Positions 17,805 to 28,768 of a DNA stretch of 64,000 bases are shown one piece after another (position 1 is the stretch's first letter; each line of letters opens with the position of its first letter). Source of the stretch: an uncultured Halanaerobium sp. (GTDB lineage Bacteria > Bacillota > Halanaerobiia > Halanaerobiales > Halanaerobiaceae); contig CAZYRX010000004.1 of assembly GCA_964649895.1 (NCBI GenBank), positions 3,986 to 67,985 on the forward strand, written 5' to 3'. The notes under the pieces were generated by a model. The model searched no databases. It had not been told where the DNA came from and saw nothing but the letters and a program-made list of their open reading frames with translations. Made by a program: the position numbers and the translations under genes.

Positions 17805-20501
17805 ATGGCAAAAAATTATTTAAAAGATAAAAGGTTTATACTGATAATTTCTACAGTTATTTTGTCAATAATTATTCTTACTGGAGCTTCTTATTTTCAG
17901 CAGGAGCTTGTAGAGCCATTTTTGATCCTTCTCGTTATTTTCAGCAGCAGTTACTTTAGTTATAAAGGGGCTGTACTTTCTTTAACCACTGCAATTATTC
18001 TTTTATTTATACAGGATTTGATTATTTTAGAGGCAAACAGTTCTCACCTTTTAATTGAAACAGCTGTTTTTATTACAGCTGGTATATTTATTGTTGAGCA
18101 TTCACGCTCATTAAAAAAACAGAATGAAAAAAATTCTAATATAGCAGAAAAATTAAAAAGAAGGAATAGAGCATATTCACTGCTCACAGATGTAAATCAG
18201 ATAATTAATCGTACTCAGAATAGAGATGAATTCTTTGATGAGATAGTAAAGTTAGCTGTGGAAAAAGGTAATTATCTACATGCCTGGTTGGGAAGCTGGG
18301 ATGCTGAAAAAAATAAATTAGATTTAATCAGTTACTATTCCAGAAATAATAAATTTTTTGAAAACAGCAATTTAGAAGCATTTAATAAAAATGGGAATTG
18401 TCCAGCAGTACTTGCTGTTGAAAATGAGAAATTTATTGTTTCTAATGATATTGTACTTGATCAAAGAACAGGAGAGCTATCAGACTACTCAAGTTTAAAT
18501 AACTGCAGGTCGGCTGCAGCTTTTCCTATTATTATTGAAGGAGAAGTTTGGGGAGTTTTGACACTTTATTTAGAAGAGAAATTCTTTTTTGATTCTGAAG
18601 AGGTTGACTTATTAAAAGAATTGACCCAGGATATTGCAATGGGATTAAAATCAATCAGGGATATCGAAAGAAGAGAAGAATATGAAGAAAAGTTAAAGAG
18701 AAGTGAAGAAAAATACCGAAGCATATTTGATAATTCCCCGGTTGGAATATACAGGACCAGTTCTGAGGGTAAGGTTTTGATTGCCAATCCGGCTCTTGCA
18801 AAAATTATGGGATGCGATAGTGTTAAAAAACTAAAAAAATATTATGCTGATCTTGCAGATGATCTATATGTTGATGCTGACAAAAGAGATGAATTTTTAA
18901 GTATTCTTAAGAAAAAAGGTGAAATAAAAAATTTTAGATTTAGAGCTCGCCGTAGAGATGGAGAGATTATCTGGCTTGAACTGAATGGTCAGATTAATGA
19001 ATATACAGAACAGGGCTTTATAATTGATGGTTTTATAGCTGATATAACTGAGCGTTATGAGATGGAAAAAAGGCTGGCTCAGAGTGAAGAAAAATTCCGT
19101 TCAGCTTTCATGAATCATAATTCTCCTATGTTGATTATTGATCCAGATACTATGGAAATTATTGAAGCAAATGGATCTGCAGTAAGTTTCTATGGCTATA
19201 ATTATGACGAAATAACTGCAATGAAAATCAGTGATATAAATATCTATGCTGAGGATAAGCTTAAGTCTGAGGTAGAAAATGCGCGCAGTAAGTCAACTGT
19301 AAAGTTTTATTTTAAGCACAGGCTTAAGGGTGGTGAAGTTCGTGATGTCGAAGTTCACAGTGGACCTGTTATAATTGATAATCAACAGTATTTATTCTCT
19401 ATAATTCATGATATAACAGAACGTAAGCTTATAGAAGAAAAAATTAAACATATGACATTTCATGATAGTCTGACAAATCTATATAACAGAACCTATCTTG
19501 AAGAAGAAATGCAGAGGATCAATACCCAAAGGCAGCTGCCGATAAGTATAATTATGGCAGATTTAAATAATCTTAAATTGGTTAATGATACTTACGGACA
19601 TCAAAAGGGAGATGAACTTTTAATAAAAGCAGCTGAACTGCTCAGAGATTCATGTAGACATGAAGATGTTGTTGCAAGACAGGGTGGAGATGAGTTTGTA
19701 ATTTTATTACCGCAGACTCCTCAAAATCAGGCTGAAGAAATTGTTGAAAGAATTGTTAGTAATGCAAAAGAATATAAGGTTAATGATGAAATTCCTCTTT
19801 CAATTGCAGCTGGATCAGCAGGTAAAAGTTCTGTTGATGAGGATATATATGAAGTCCTTGATCGAGCAGAAAACAGGATGTATGTTAATAAATTGAGCAG
19901 CAAAAATAGTTCGCGGAGTAGTTTTTTAACATCATTTTTAGATGCACTTAAAGATAAAAGCAATGAAAATGAAGAACATTTTATCAATGTTGAAAGATAC
20001 AGCAGTTTACTAGCAAAAAAGATAGGTCTTTCTAAAAAGAAAATTGGAGAAATAGCAAGTCTTGCTCTTTTCCATGATATTGGTAAAGTTATCATTCCTG
20101 AGAAGATTTTGAATAAAAAAGGTGAATTAACAGATGAGGAGTGGGTATTGATCAAACAGCATTCTGATTCTGGATACAGAATTATATCTTCTGTTGGAGA
20201 ATTTGAAAATTTGGCTGAACCGATACTCTATCACCATGAATGGTGGGATGGAAGTGGATATCCGGAGGGAATCGCAGGTGAGGACATACCATTATTTGCC
20301 CGTATAATTTCTCTTGTAGATGCTTTTGATGTAATGACATCAGGCCGTCCCTATAAAGAAAAAATGAGCTGTCAGGAGGCGTTAGAAGAACTGCAGAATT
20401 ATGCAGGTACTCAGTTTGACCCTCAGCTTGTTAAAGAATTTGTTGAAATTATTAATTGCTCCGATTTTAATATAAATAAAACAGATAAAAAGAAAAATTA
20501 A
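17805..20501 (+). CDS. Membrane GAF-PAS-PAS-GGDEF-HD-GYP c-di-GMP turnover protein
   Basis: N-terminal TMs; HDSLT, DLNNLK..ND..GH, RHED I-site, GGDEF; HDIGK, HHEWWDGSGYP, RPYK. Confidence 0.9.
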   Translation: MAKNYLKDKRFILIISTVILSIIILTGASYFQQELVEPFLILLVIFSSSYFSYKGAVLSLTTAIILLFIQDLIILEANSSHLLIETAVFITAGIFIVEHSRSLKKQNEKNSNIAEKLKRRNRAYSLLTDVNQIINRTQNRDEFFDEIVKLAVEKGNYLHAWLGSWDAEKNKLDLISYYSRNNKFFENSNLEAFNKNGNCPAVLAVENEKFIVSNDIVLDQRTGELSDYSSLNNCRSAAAFPIIIEGEVWGVLTLYLEEKFFFDSEEVDLLKELTQDIAMGLKSIRDIERREEYEEKLKRSEEKYRSIFDNSPVGIYRTSSEGKVLIANPALAKIMGCDSVKKLKKYYADLADDLYVDADKRDEFLSILKKKGEIKNFRFRARRRDGEIIWLELNGQINEYTEQGFIIDGFIADITERYEMEKRLAQSEEKFRSAFMNHNSPMLIIDPDTMEIIEANGSAVSFYGYNYDEITAMKISDINIYAEDKLKSEVENARSKSTVKFYFKHRLKGGEVRDVEVHSGPVIIDNQQYLFSIIHDITERKLIEEKIKHMTFHDSLTNLYNRTYLEEEMQRINTQRQLPISIIMADLNNLKLVNDTYGHQKGDELLIKAAELLRDSCRHEDVVARQGGDEFVILLPQTPQNQAEEIVERIVSNAKEYKVNDEIPLSIAAGSAGKSSVDEDIYEVLDRAENRMYVNKLSSKNSSRSSFLTSFLDALKDKSNENEEHFINVERYSSLLAKKIGLSKKKIGEIASLALFHDIGKVIIPEKILNKKGELTDEEWVLIKQHSDSGYRIISSVGEFENLAEPILYHHEWWDGSGYPEGIAGEDIPLFARIISLVDAFDVMTSGRPYKEKMSCQEALEELQNYAGTQFDPQLVKEFVEIINCSDFNINKTDKKKN

Positions 20502-20609
20502 TTTTTAGCCTAATTTTTTTGCATTATTAATGAGCCTTTTTATATACACTTTGAGATATTTAAATTTCATTCTCTAATATACATATTAAAATTAATGGAG
20601 GAGCTAAAG

Positions 20610-21794
20610 ATGATTTCACAAAAGATTAGAGATAAAGCAGAACAATATGAAGCCGGAATTATTGAAATTAGACATCAAATCCATAAAAATCCCGAACTTT
20701 CTTTTGAAGAATACAGGACTGCTGAGCTTGCTGCAGCAGAGATGAAAAAGCTTGGGTTTGAAGTTGAAGAAAATATTTTTGGAACGGGAGTTTGTGCTAC
20801 TTTTAGAAACAGTAAATCTGAAAATGCAAAGACACTGCTTATCAGGGCTGATATGGATGCACTGCCTGTAGAAGAAAAAAACAATCTAGATTTTAAATCT
20901 CAAAATGAAGGATTGATGCATGCCTGTGGACATGATGGTCATACTTCTATTTTAATTGGTACAGCATATGTTTTAAAAGAACTTGCTGATGAATTTGATG
21001 GTAATGTTAAATTTCTTTTTCAGCCTGGAGAAGAAACCTCTGGTGGAGCTGATGGAATGATAAAAGAAGGTGTGCTTAATGATCCTGATGTTGATGCAGC
21101 CTTAGGCCTTCACCTTTGGGGAAGCACAGAAGAGGGGATTGTTGAATATAAAAGTGGGCCATTTATGGCTTCAACTGATCGTTTTGATTTAAAAATAATC
21201 GGGAGTGGTGGTCATGCTGCAAGACCTCATAATACAATTGATCCAATTCCCATTGCCGCAGAAATAATCTCAAGTCTACAAAAGATTGTCTCAAGAAGAA
21301 TTGATCCTCTTGATTCTGCAGTAATCTCAATTGGAAATATTGTGGGAGGAAGCACACATAATGTAATTCCTGATCAGGTTGTTTTAAAGGGAACAGTTCG
21401 TTCACTGAGAAAAGAAGTAAGAGAACAGCTGGCTGAAAATATAGAAAAAACAATCAAAAATATCTGTGAAATATATGGAGCTAAATATGAGCTGAATTAT
21501 ATATTTGGTTATCCCGCAGTAATTAATGATAAAAAAATGACAGAGCTGTTAAAAGATGCTGCAAAAAAAGTGCTCGGTCCTGATAGAGTAAGAGAAAAAG
21601 AAAAGGCAGAAATGGGTGGAGAAGATTTTTCTTATTTTGCTTTAAAAGTACCTTCTGTTTTTTATTTTTTGGGTATTGCTCCTCAAGGGGAGATAATAAA
21701 TCACCATCAGTCAGATTTTAGATTTAATGATTCTGTACTTAAAGATGGTGTTACTGTAATGGCTCAAACGGCTGTTGATTTTTTCAGCAGCTAA
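20610..21794 (+). CDS. M20D family amidohydrolase
   Basis: HKNPELSFEE, RADMDALP, MHACGHDGH, FQPGEE, GGEDF; GGAGGAG precedes ATG 20610. Confidence 0.9.
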   Translation: MISQKIRDKAEQYEAGIIEIRHQIHKNPELSFEEYRTAELAAAEMKKLGFEVEENIFGTGVCATFRNSKSENAKTLLIRADMDALPVEEKNNLDFKSQNEGLMHACGHDGHTSILIGTAYVLKELADEFDGNVKFLFQPGEETSGGADGMIKEGVLNDPDVDAALGLHLWGSTEEGIVEYKSGPFMASTDRFDLKIIGSGGHAARPHNTIDPIPIAAEIISSLQKIVSRRIDPLDSAVISIGNIVGGSTHNVIPDQVVLKGTVRSLRKEVREQLAENIEKTIKNICEIYGAKYELNYIFGYPAVINDKKMTELLKDAAKKVLGPDRVREKEKAEMGGEDFSYFALKVPSVFYFLGIAPQGEIINHHQSDFRFNDSVLKDGVTVMAQTAVDFFSS

Positions 21795-21811
21795 AAAATA
21801 GATAATATATT

Positions 21812-21840
21812 TTGCCTATCCATCATAATTCTGATATAAT
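21812..21840 (+). promoter_or_regulatory. sigma-A promoter for alaA
   Basis: TTGCCT-17-TATAAT with extended TG. Confidence 0.6.
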
Positions 21841-21920
21841 ACTTTATTAACATAATATTTTGCTATTTTTTTATTAGTACTTTTATATTATCTGGGAAAA
21901 GCGCAAAAATGGGGGGAAAT

Positions 21921-23135
21921 ATGAATTATATTAAAAAATCACTAAAATTAGAAAATGTTTGTTATGATATTAGGGGACCGGTTTTAGATGAAGCAACTCG
22001 TCTGGAAGAAGAAGGATATAATATTATAAAACTTAATATAGGCAATACAGCACCATTTGGATTTAATGCCCCAGATGAGATTATTCATGATGTGATGTAT
22101 AATTTGAAAAATGCTCAGGGTTACTGTGATTCAAGAGGAATTTTTCCTGCCCGTAAAGCAGTTATGCAGTATTATCAGAAAAAAGGAATTATGGATGTAG
22201 AAATAGATGATATATATATTGGTAATGGTGTTAGTGAGTTAATTATGATTGCAATGCAGGGTCTTTTAGATGATGGGGATGAAGTTCTAATCCCTACTCC
22301 TGATTATCCACTTTGGACTGCTGCGGTAAATCTTTCTGGAGGAAAAGCTGTACATTATATTTGTGATGAACAATCAAAGTGGTATCCAGATATTGATGAT
22401 ATTCGTAACAAAGTAAATGATAAAACAAAGGGTATTGTACTTATTAATCCAAATAACCCAACAGGGGCTAATTATCCTGTGGAAATTTTAGAGGAAATTA
22501 TTGAAGTTGCTGTAGAAAATGATTTAATTATTTACAGTGATGAAATTTATGAAAAGATAACTTATAATGGAGCTGAACATACTTCAATAGCTACTATGAC
22601 AGAGGATGTTCTAGTAGTTACCTTTAGTGGTCTTTCTAAAGCATATAGAGTACCTGGTTTTAGAGCAGGTTGGATGCTGTTGAGTGGACAAAAATACCAT
22701 GCTGGAAGTTATATAGAGGGGCTTAATATGCTTTCATCAATGCGCCTCTGCAGCAATGTGCCTTCTCAGTATGCAATCCAGACTTCTCTTGGTGGTTATC
22801 AGAGTATAGAAGATCTAGTATTACCTGGAGGTAGACTTAAAGAACAGCGTGATTTAGCATATAAACTTTTAACAGATATTCCGGGCATCAGCTGTGTAAA
22901 ACCAGAAGGTGGACTCTATCTATTTCCTAAAGTTGATGTAGAGCGTTTTAATATTACCAATGATGAGAAATTCATACTTGATTTTCTTGCTCAGGAAAAA
23001 GTTCTTCTCGTACAGGGTACAGGCTTTAACTGGCCTAAGCCTGACCATTTCCGTCTTGTTTTCCTCCCACCTGAAGAAGATCTGCAGATGGCTATTGGTA
23101 GGCTCAAAAAGTTTCTAGGCAGTTACTCTCAGTAG
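21921..23135 (+). CDS. alaA: PLP-dependent glutamate-pyruvate aminotransferase (AlaA-type)
   Basis: VCYDIRGPV, KLNIGN, GNGVSELI, NPNNPTG, SDEIY, GLSKAYRVPGFRAGW, MRLCSNVP. Confidence 0.88.
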   Translation: MNYIKKSLKLENVCYDIRGPVLDEATRLEEEGYNIIKLNIGNTAPFGFNAPDEIIHDVMYNLKNAQGYCDSRGIFPARKAVMQYYQKKGIMDVEIDDIYIGNGVSELIMIAMQGLLDDGDEVLIPTPDYPLWTAAVNLSGGKAVHYICDEQSKWYPDIDDIRNKVNDKTKGIVLINPNNPTGANYPVEILEEIIEVAVENDLIIYSDEIYEKITYNGAEHTSIATMTEDVLVVTFSGLSKAYRVPGFRAGWMLLSGQKYHAGSYIEGLNMLSSMRLCSNVPSQYAIQTSLGGYQSIEDLVLPGGRLKEQRDLAYKLLTDIPGISCVKPEGGLYLFPKVDVERFNITNDEKFILDFLAQEKVLLVQGTGFNWPKPDHFRLVFLPPEEDLQMAIGRLKKFLGSYSQ

Positions 23136-23196
23136 CAGCATGGGCAATTCACAAAATATATAATTTTTAAACAAGATAATGAGATGTTGATTTTAT

Positions 23197-23258
23197 AAGT
23201 GTCTGCTATTTTAAATTTTATTTTTAACAATAATTTTTGAAGTAGCAGGCACTTTTGT
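23197..23258 (+). terminator. Terminator after alaA
   Basis: aagtgtctgcta...tagcaggcactt followed by T-rich tail. Confidence 0.6.
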
Positions 23259-23312
23259 TTTTATTCTCCAGCTAAAAAAGGCGGAATCTATTGGTATTTT
23301 AATTTATCAGAG

Positions 23313-24116
23313 GTGATTAATATTTTTAATAAGATAAAGTCATATAAAAAAATTATTACAGTAATAATAATTTCAGCTGTAATTTTGAGTGGTGTTTATC
23401 TTCAGCTGAATAAGTCATCAGCTGAAGAAGCTTTTATTGTAAAAGTTATAGATGGAGATACAATGGAAACAGCATCTGGTGATACATTACGGCTGCTTGG
23501 CATAGATACTCCTGAGATCTACTGGGAAAGTGGAGAAGCAGAGTATTTTGCCTGGGAGGCTAAAAAATATAGTTCAGAAAAATTGCTGAAGAAAAACGTA
23601 GAGCTGGAGTTTGATCAGCAGAAAAAAGATAATTATGGAAGAATGTTGGTTTATGTTTTTTATGAAGGAGAAAATTTTAACGAAAAATTGCTGGAAAAAG
23701 GTTATGCTTCGCTGATGATTATTACACCAAATAAAAAATATGAAAAAGAGTTTAGAGCGGCTTCAGAAGAAGCAAGAAAAGAAAATAGAGGTATTTGGGA
23801 TAAAGTAGAAACCCTGTCTGCTGATTTACCGGTGATAAATTACAAAGAAGCAGAAAACTATCTAGGGCGTAAAGTTATTATCAAAGGTAATATTATAGAC
23901 ACAGCACAATTGGAAGATATTACATTTTTGAATTTTTCTCATAATTATAGAAATACTTTATCGATAGTAATATTTAACAGCAATCTCAGTAAGTTTTCTT
24001 ATCAACCTGCTGAATATCTTAAAGATAAAGAAGTAATGATTCTAGGTGAAGTAGAAATGTATGATGGAGCACCTCAAATAATTGTAGAAGATCCAGAAAA
24101 TATTAATGTAAATTGA
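23313..24116 (+). CDS. Thermonuclease (SNase) with C-terminal OB-fold-like domain, membrane anchored
   Basis: VIDGDT, RLLGIDTPE, DNYGRMLVY, A...RGIW. Confidence 0.88.
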   Translation: MINIFNKIKSYKKIITVIIISAVILSGVYLQLNKSSAEEAFIVKVIDGDTMETASGDTLRLLGIDTPEIYWESGEAEYFAWEAKKYSSEKLLKKNVELEFDQQKKDNYGRMLVYVFYEGENFNEKLLEKGYASLMIITPNKKYEKEFRAASEEARKENRGIWDKVETLSADLPVINYKEAENYLGRKVIIKGNIIDTAQLEDITFLNFSHNYRNTLSIVIFNSNLSKFSYQPAEYLKDKEVMILGEVEMYDGAPQIIVEDPENINVN

Positions 24117-24310
24117 CAATCCATGATCGAAAACATTATTTTTTCTATAAAATCTATAATTTCTTGAAAATACTTAATATTATGCTGATTGTCTTTAAAA
24201 ACAGATTTATCTGCTGAAAATCGACAGTATTTTAATAAAATAAAAGGGTTTTAAATTTAATTTAAGAATATAAAATATAGACTGACTTTTATATTTAAAT
24301 ATACTAGGAG

Positions 24311-25903
24311 TTGAAGAAATTGTGGAATTTTTCTTTAAGAACAAAAATTATCTTTTTGTTAATTTTAATCTTATCAATACTTCTAATAATGATCGGTTTG
24401 CTTTTAAATAATTATTTAAGATTTATAGAAACCGAGCAGCTTTCAGATAATGCTATGAATGTAGCTCAGGTGGTTGCAAAAATTCCAGAGATATATTTGA
24501 ATATTGGTTTAGAAGGAGGTATGAATATCATTCAGCCTCTAGTTGAAGAGATAAGATCAAATACCAATACATCTTATATAGTAATAATGGGAATGGACGG
24601 AATAAGATATTCTTATCCAGTTTCTGAAAAATTAGGAGAACCTTTTGAAGGTAGAGATCAATTAAAGGCTTTAGAAAATGGAGAATCATATATTTCGCAA
24701 TCACAAAGTGCAATGGGGCCTTCTATTAGAGCTTTTGCTCCAGTTTATAGAGGTCATCGTCAGGTAGGAGCAGTTGCAGTTGGGATGCTGATGGAAGATA
24801 TAAATAATAGGATTAATGAGACTCTGCTCGCGGTCAATATTGTACTTATTTTTGGAGGTCTTATGGGAATTATTGGTTCTATTTTTCTAGCTAATAATGT
24901 TAAAAAATCTATTTATAATCTTGAGCCAGCTGAAATTGCTAAACTTATTCAGGATAGAAATGCTATTTTGAACTCTGTAAGAGAGGCGATAGTTGCAATT
25001 GATAAAGATAATAAAATAACATTTTTTAATAAAGTTGCAAAAAATATTATAGGAGTAGAGGGTGATCTCAAAGGTAGAGATATTTTAGAGATTATTCCAA
25101 ACTCAAGATTACCGAAGGTAATAGATACTGGAGAGGCAGAATTTAACAAAGAACAGCTGATAAATAATACTGCAATCTTGACAAATAGGGTTCCTATTAA
25201 AATAGATGATGATGTTGTGGGTGCTGTAGCTTCTTTTAATAAAAAAAATGTAGTGCAAAAGCTGGCAGAAGAATTGACGGGTGTCAAGAAATTTTATGAG
25301 GCACTTAGAAGCCAGAATCATGAATTTATTAATAAACTGCATACAATACTTGGTTTAATTCAGATTGAAGAATATGATGCTGCAGAAAGACTTATCTCAA
25401 ATGTAACTTACAATAAACAAGAATTAACCTCATTTGTAATTAAAAGTATTAAAGTAGATGAGATTGCTGGTTTGCTGTTGGGCAAGTATGATAGAGCCAG
25501 TGAGCTAAAGATTGATTTTGAGATTGATAGAGAAAGCTACCTTGGTAAAATTGAATCAGCATTTATCAAAGATAGTCTAATTACTATTATCGGCAATCTC
25601 GTTGAAAATGCAATGGAAAGTTTTAACAGCAGTGAAAAAGATAAAATGATAAAACTTGGTATCTTTGATGAGAATCAGAAAATAAAAATATTTATTGAGG
25701 ATAATGGCTGTGGAATTCCTGATGATATCAAAGATAAGATTTTTGAAAGAGGATTTTCTACAAAAGAAGACTCAAGTGGGATAGGACTAGATTTAATAAA
25801 AGATAAAGTAAACTTTCTTGGAGGCAATATAGAATTAATTTCTGAAGCAGGAGTTGGAACAACATTTAAAGTAGTAATTGATAAAAATCAGGAGGTAGAC
25901 TGA
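24311..25903 (+). CDS. CitA/DcuS/MalK-type sensor histidine kinase
   Basis: Two TMs around an sCache domain, LEPAEI, PAS, LRSQNHEFINKLH, GNLVENA, DNGCGI, GFSTK, GIGL. Confidence 0.92.
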   Translation: MKKLWNFSLRTKIIFLLILILSILLIMIGLLLNNYLRFIETEQLSDNAMNVAQVVAKIPEIYLNIGLEGGMNIIQPLVEEIRSNTNTSYIVIMGMDGIRYSYPVSEKLGEPFEGRDQLKALENGESYISQSQSAMGPSIRAFAPVYRGHRQVGAVAVGMLMEDINNRINETLLAVNIVLIFGGLMGIIGSIFLANNVKKSIYNLEPAEIAKLIQDRNAILNSVREAIVAIDKDNKITFFNKVAKNIIGVEGDLKGRDILEIIPNSRLPKVIDTGEAEFNKEQLINNTAILTNRVPIKIDDDVVGAVASFNKKNVVQKLAEELTGVKKFYEALRSQNHEFINKLHTILGLIQIEEYDAAERLISNVTYNKQELTSFVIKSIKVDEIAGLLLGKYDRASELKIDFEIDRESYLGKIESAFIKDSLITIIGNLVENAMESFNSSEKDKMIKLGIFDENQKIKIFIEDNGCGIPDDIKDKIFERGFSTKEDSSGIGLDLIKDKVNFLGGNIELISEAGVGTTFKVVIDKNQEVD

Positions 25904-25906
25904 GAA

Positions 25907-26680
25907 ATGAGTAAATCATTTATCAATGTATTGATAATAGATGATGACCCAATGGTATCCCATATTAATAGAGTCTATACTGAAAAACTTGCAGGATTTA
26001 AGGTTTTAGAGGAAGTAAATATTGAGAACAATATGGAAATAGATGCTGAACTTTTGAAAGCAGCTGATTTGCTTCTGCTTGATATTTATCTGCCAGGTAA
26101 AAGCGGTATAGAACTCTTAAAGGATATACGAAAAGATAATACAGCACTTGATGTAATAATTATCAGCGCTTCTAAAATAACTGAACATATCAGCACAGCT
26201 ATGCAGCTGGGTATTGTAGATTATTTAATTAAACCATTTACTTTTGAGAGATTTAAAAAATCTCTTACTGATTACAAGCAGCTTTATGATAGATTAAATG
26301 GTTGTGGTGAGGGCCTTAATCAAGATGATATTGATTTCTTAATGGGCAAAGAGGAAATAATTAAAGAAGTTAAAAGTGCTGATGAAGATAAAACAGATGA
26401 AGATAAAACAGATGAAGATAATACTTCAGAAAATAAAAACAAATATATACGTGAACTTCCTAAGGGTCTTAACAAAGAAACATTAGAAAAGATTACAAAT
26501 TATATAAATAATTCGGGAGTTAATAAATTTACTACTCAGGGTGTTGCTGGAGGTCTCGGGCTTTCTCGGGTTACTGTACAGCGATATTTAAAATATCTCG
26601 CAGTAAAAAATGAGCTTGAGGTCATTAAAGAATATGGAAGTGTGGGTAGACCTAAGCATTTTTATAAATTACCTGAATAA
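25907..26680 (+). CDS. CitB/DcuR-type response regulator
   Basis: IIDDDPMV, LLDIYLP, DYLIKPF, LPKGL, SRVTVQRYL, YGSVGRP. Confidence 0.92.
   Translation: MSKSFINVLIIDDDPMVSHINRVYTEKLAGFKVLEEVNIENNMEIDAELLKAADLLLLDIYLPGKSGIELLKDIRKDNTALDVIIISASKITEHISTAMQLGIVDYLIKPFTFERFKKSLTDYKQLYDRLNGCGEGLNQDDIDFLMGKEEIIKEVKSADEDKTDEDKTDEDNTSENKNKYIRELPKGLNKETLEKITNYINNSGVNKFTTQGVAGGLGLSRVTVQRYLKYLAVKNELEVIKEYGSVGRPKHFYKLPE
26381..26425 (+). repeat. In-frame 15-bp tandem repeat (DEDKT-DEDKT-DEDNT)
   Basis: gatgaagataaaaca x2 + gatgaagataatact. Confidence 0.9.
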
Positions 26681-26707
26681 TATAGAATAAATTAAGAGTT
26701 GATCTTT

Positions 26708-26771
26708 AAATCTCAGTATTTTTCTTTACCATTTTAATTAATGTTGGAGAGTTAAGTACTGAGATTTTTTT
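26708..26771 (+). terminator. Terminator after the response regulator
   Basis: aaatctcagta...tactgagattt followed by T run; large loop. Confidence 0.55.
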
Positions 26772-26884
26772 GAACTTTATGTACTTATACTTGTTTTGTG
26801 AACTGTAGATAATATAATTTAATTATTCAAAGCTTTTAATATAATTAAGGACCAAATAATGAATAGAGAGGTGAAGTATAAAGC

Positions 26885-28129
26885 ATGCACGCATTATGGA
26901 AAATATTAGCGGAAAAATCAGGGCGAGAGAATGTTGAAGCAGGAGAAATTGTTAATGCTAAAGTTGATCTTGCAGAAGTAAATGATCTTTATCTACAGGT
27001 AATAAAATCTTTTTATGAGATGGGTGGTAAGAAGGTCTGGGATCCCGATAAAGTAACTTTTGTTTTTGATCATTATAGTCCCACCCCAACTATTAAAGCT
27101 GCTGAAAATCATAAACAGATGAGAGAGTTTTGTGATGAGCAGAATATAGAAAAACTTTTTGATATCAATAAAGGGGTTTGTCATCAAGTAATGCCGGAGG
27201 CAGGTCTGGTCTATCCAGGGATGCTGCTGACAGCTACAGATTCTCATACAACCACACATGGATCATTTGGTGCTTTTGGAACAGGAGTAGGTGCTACAGA
27301 TTTGGCAACTATTCTTTTAGAGGGAGAGCTCTGGTTTAGGGTGCCTGAGGTTATTAAAATCAATATTACTGGAGATCTACAGCAGGGTGTTATGGCTAAA
27401 GATATTATTCTTCATATTCTTGGAGAATTAGGTCAGGATGCAGCTGTCTATAAAGCAGTGGAATTTGCTGGACCTGTTGTTGAGAACTTAGAAATGGCTG
27501 AAAGAATGGTTTTATGCAATATGTCAGTTGAGATGGGAGCCAAGACATCTTATATTAAACCTGATCAAACTACAAGAGAATATATAGATAAAAGGGTAGA
27601 CCATGATTATACAGTTTACGAGACAGATGAAGATTTTGAATATGATGAGATATATGAATTTGATGTTTCTAATCTTGAACAAGTTACTGCAGCACCTCAC
27701 AGTATAGATAATGTGATCAACGTTAAAGAAGCTGGTGATGTTAAAATAGATCAGGTATTTATCGGTACATGTACTGGTGGACGGGTAAATGACATTAAAA
27801 CTGCAGCTGAAATATTAAAGGGTAAGAAAATTGCAAAAGGTGTAAGATTGATTGTAATTCCTGCTTCTGATGAAGTTATGCGGGAAAGCATGAAAAAAGG
27901 ATATATAGATATTCTAATGGAAAGTGGTGCAGCAATTTCTGCTCCTGGCTGTGGTCCGTGTTTAGGTGCACATCAGGGTGTTATTGCAGATGGAGAAACC
28001 TGTGTATCTACTTCCAGCAGAAACTTCCCGGGTAGAATGGGTAGTACTGGTGCTAAAATATACAGTGCTTCACCTGCTACTGCAGCTTATAGTGCATTGT
28101 ATGGAAAATTAACAGGAGGTGAAGAGTAA
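26885..28129 (+). CDS. Aconitase-family hydro-lyase large subunit (LeuC/HacA/DmdA type)
   Basis: FDH, GVCHQ, DSHTTTHG, IGTCTGGR, PGCGPCLG, SRNFPGRMG; three [4Fe-4S] Cys. Confidence 0.9.
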   Translation: MHALWKILAEKSGRENVEAGEIVNAKVDLAEVNDLYLQVIKSFYEMGGKKVWDPDKVTFVFDHYSPTPTIKAAENHKQMREFCDEQNIEKLFDINKGVCHQVMPEAGLVYPGMLLTATDSHTTTHGSFGAFGTGVGATDLATILLEGELWFRVPEVIKINITGDLQQGVMAKDIILHILGELGQDAAVYKAVEFAGPVVENLEMAERMVLCNMSVEMGAKTSYIKPDQTTREYIDKRVDHDYTVYETDEDFEYDEIYEFDVSNLEQVTAAPHSIDNVINVKEAGDVKIDQVFIGTCTGGRVNDIKTAAEILKGKKIAKGVRLIVIPASDEVMRESMKKGYIDILMESGAAISAPGCGPCLGAHQGVIADGETCVSTSSRNFPGRMGSTGAKIYSASPATAAYSALYGKLTGGEE

Positions 28130-28609
28130 ATGACAAAAGGTAATGTTCATAAATTTGGCGATAATATCGATACAGACCAAATTTATCCAGGTAGATATTT
28201 AGATATTAGTGATCATAAGAAGATTGCAGAACATGCGATGGAGGGAGCTGATCCTGAATTTGCAGCTAAGGTAAAAGAAGGAGATATTATTGCAGCAGGC
28301 AGTAATTTTGGCTGTGGATCAAGTCGAGAACATGCGGTAATAACTTTAAAAAATGCTGGAGTTGGAGCTGTTATAGCAAAATCTTTTGCCAGAATTTTTT
28401 ACAGAAATGCTGTTAATCTTGCTCTGCCGGTAATTCAGATAAAAGATGTAGATTTTAAAGAAGATGAGCAATTAGAAGTAAACCTGGAAGAAGCCTTTAT
28501 TAAAAGAGAAGATGGCAGTATTATAGAATTTACTCCGCTGCCAGAGAATATTCTGGAGATTTATAAAGCAGGAGGAGTTATTCCTTATTATAGGGCAAAA
28601 CATGCTTAA
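28130..28609 (+). CDS. Aconitase-family hydro-lyase small subunit (LeuD/HacB type)
   Basis: [35 protein letters not shown]. Confidence 0.9.
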   Translation: MTKGNVHKFGDNIDTDQIYPGRYLDISDHKKIAEHAMEGADPEFAAKVKEGDIIAAGSNFGCGSSREHAVITLKNAGVGAVIAKSFARIFYRNAVNLALPVIQIKDVDFKEDEQLEVNLEEAFIKREDGSIIEFTPLPENILEIYKAGGVIPYYRAKHA

Positions 28610-28768
28610 GATTTTTATGAACAATATTAACAAAATATTGAATTTATATTTAAATAGTGTATATTTATAAGTGTTAAAGGCTATTATTTATTAAAAATTC
28701 TTAATTTTGGGATATTAGGAAGGGGGAACAATTTAGAAAATTTTTTAAAACAAAAAGGGAGGAAAAAA

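Noticed and set aside
26885-28609. Leucine biosynthesis genes
   Set aside because: No leuA, leuB or T-box; the context is catabolic (TCS, importer, racemase)
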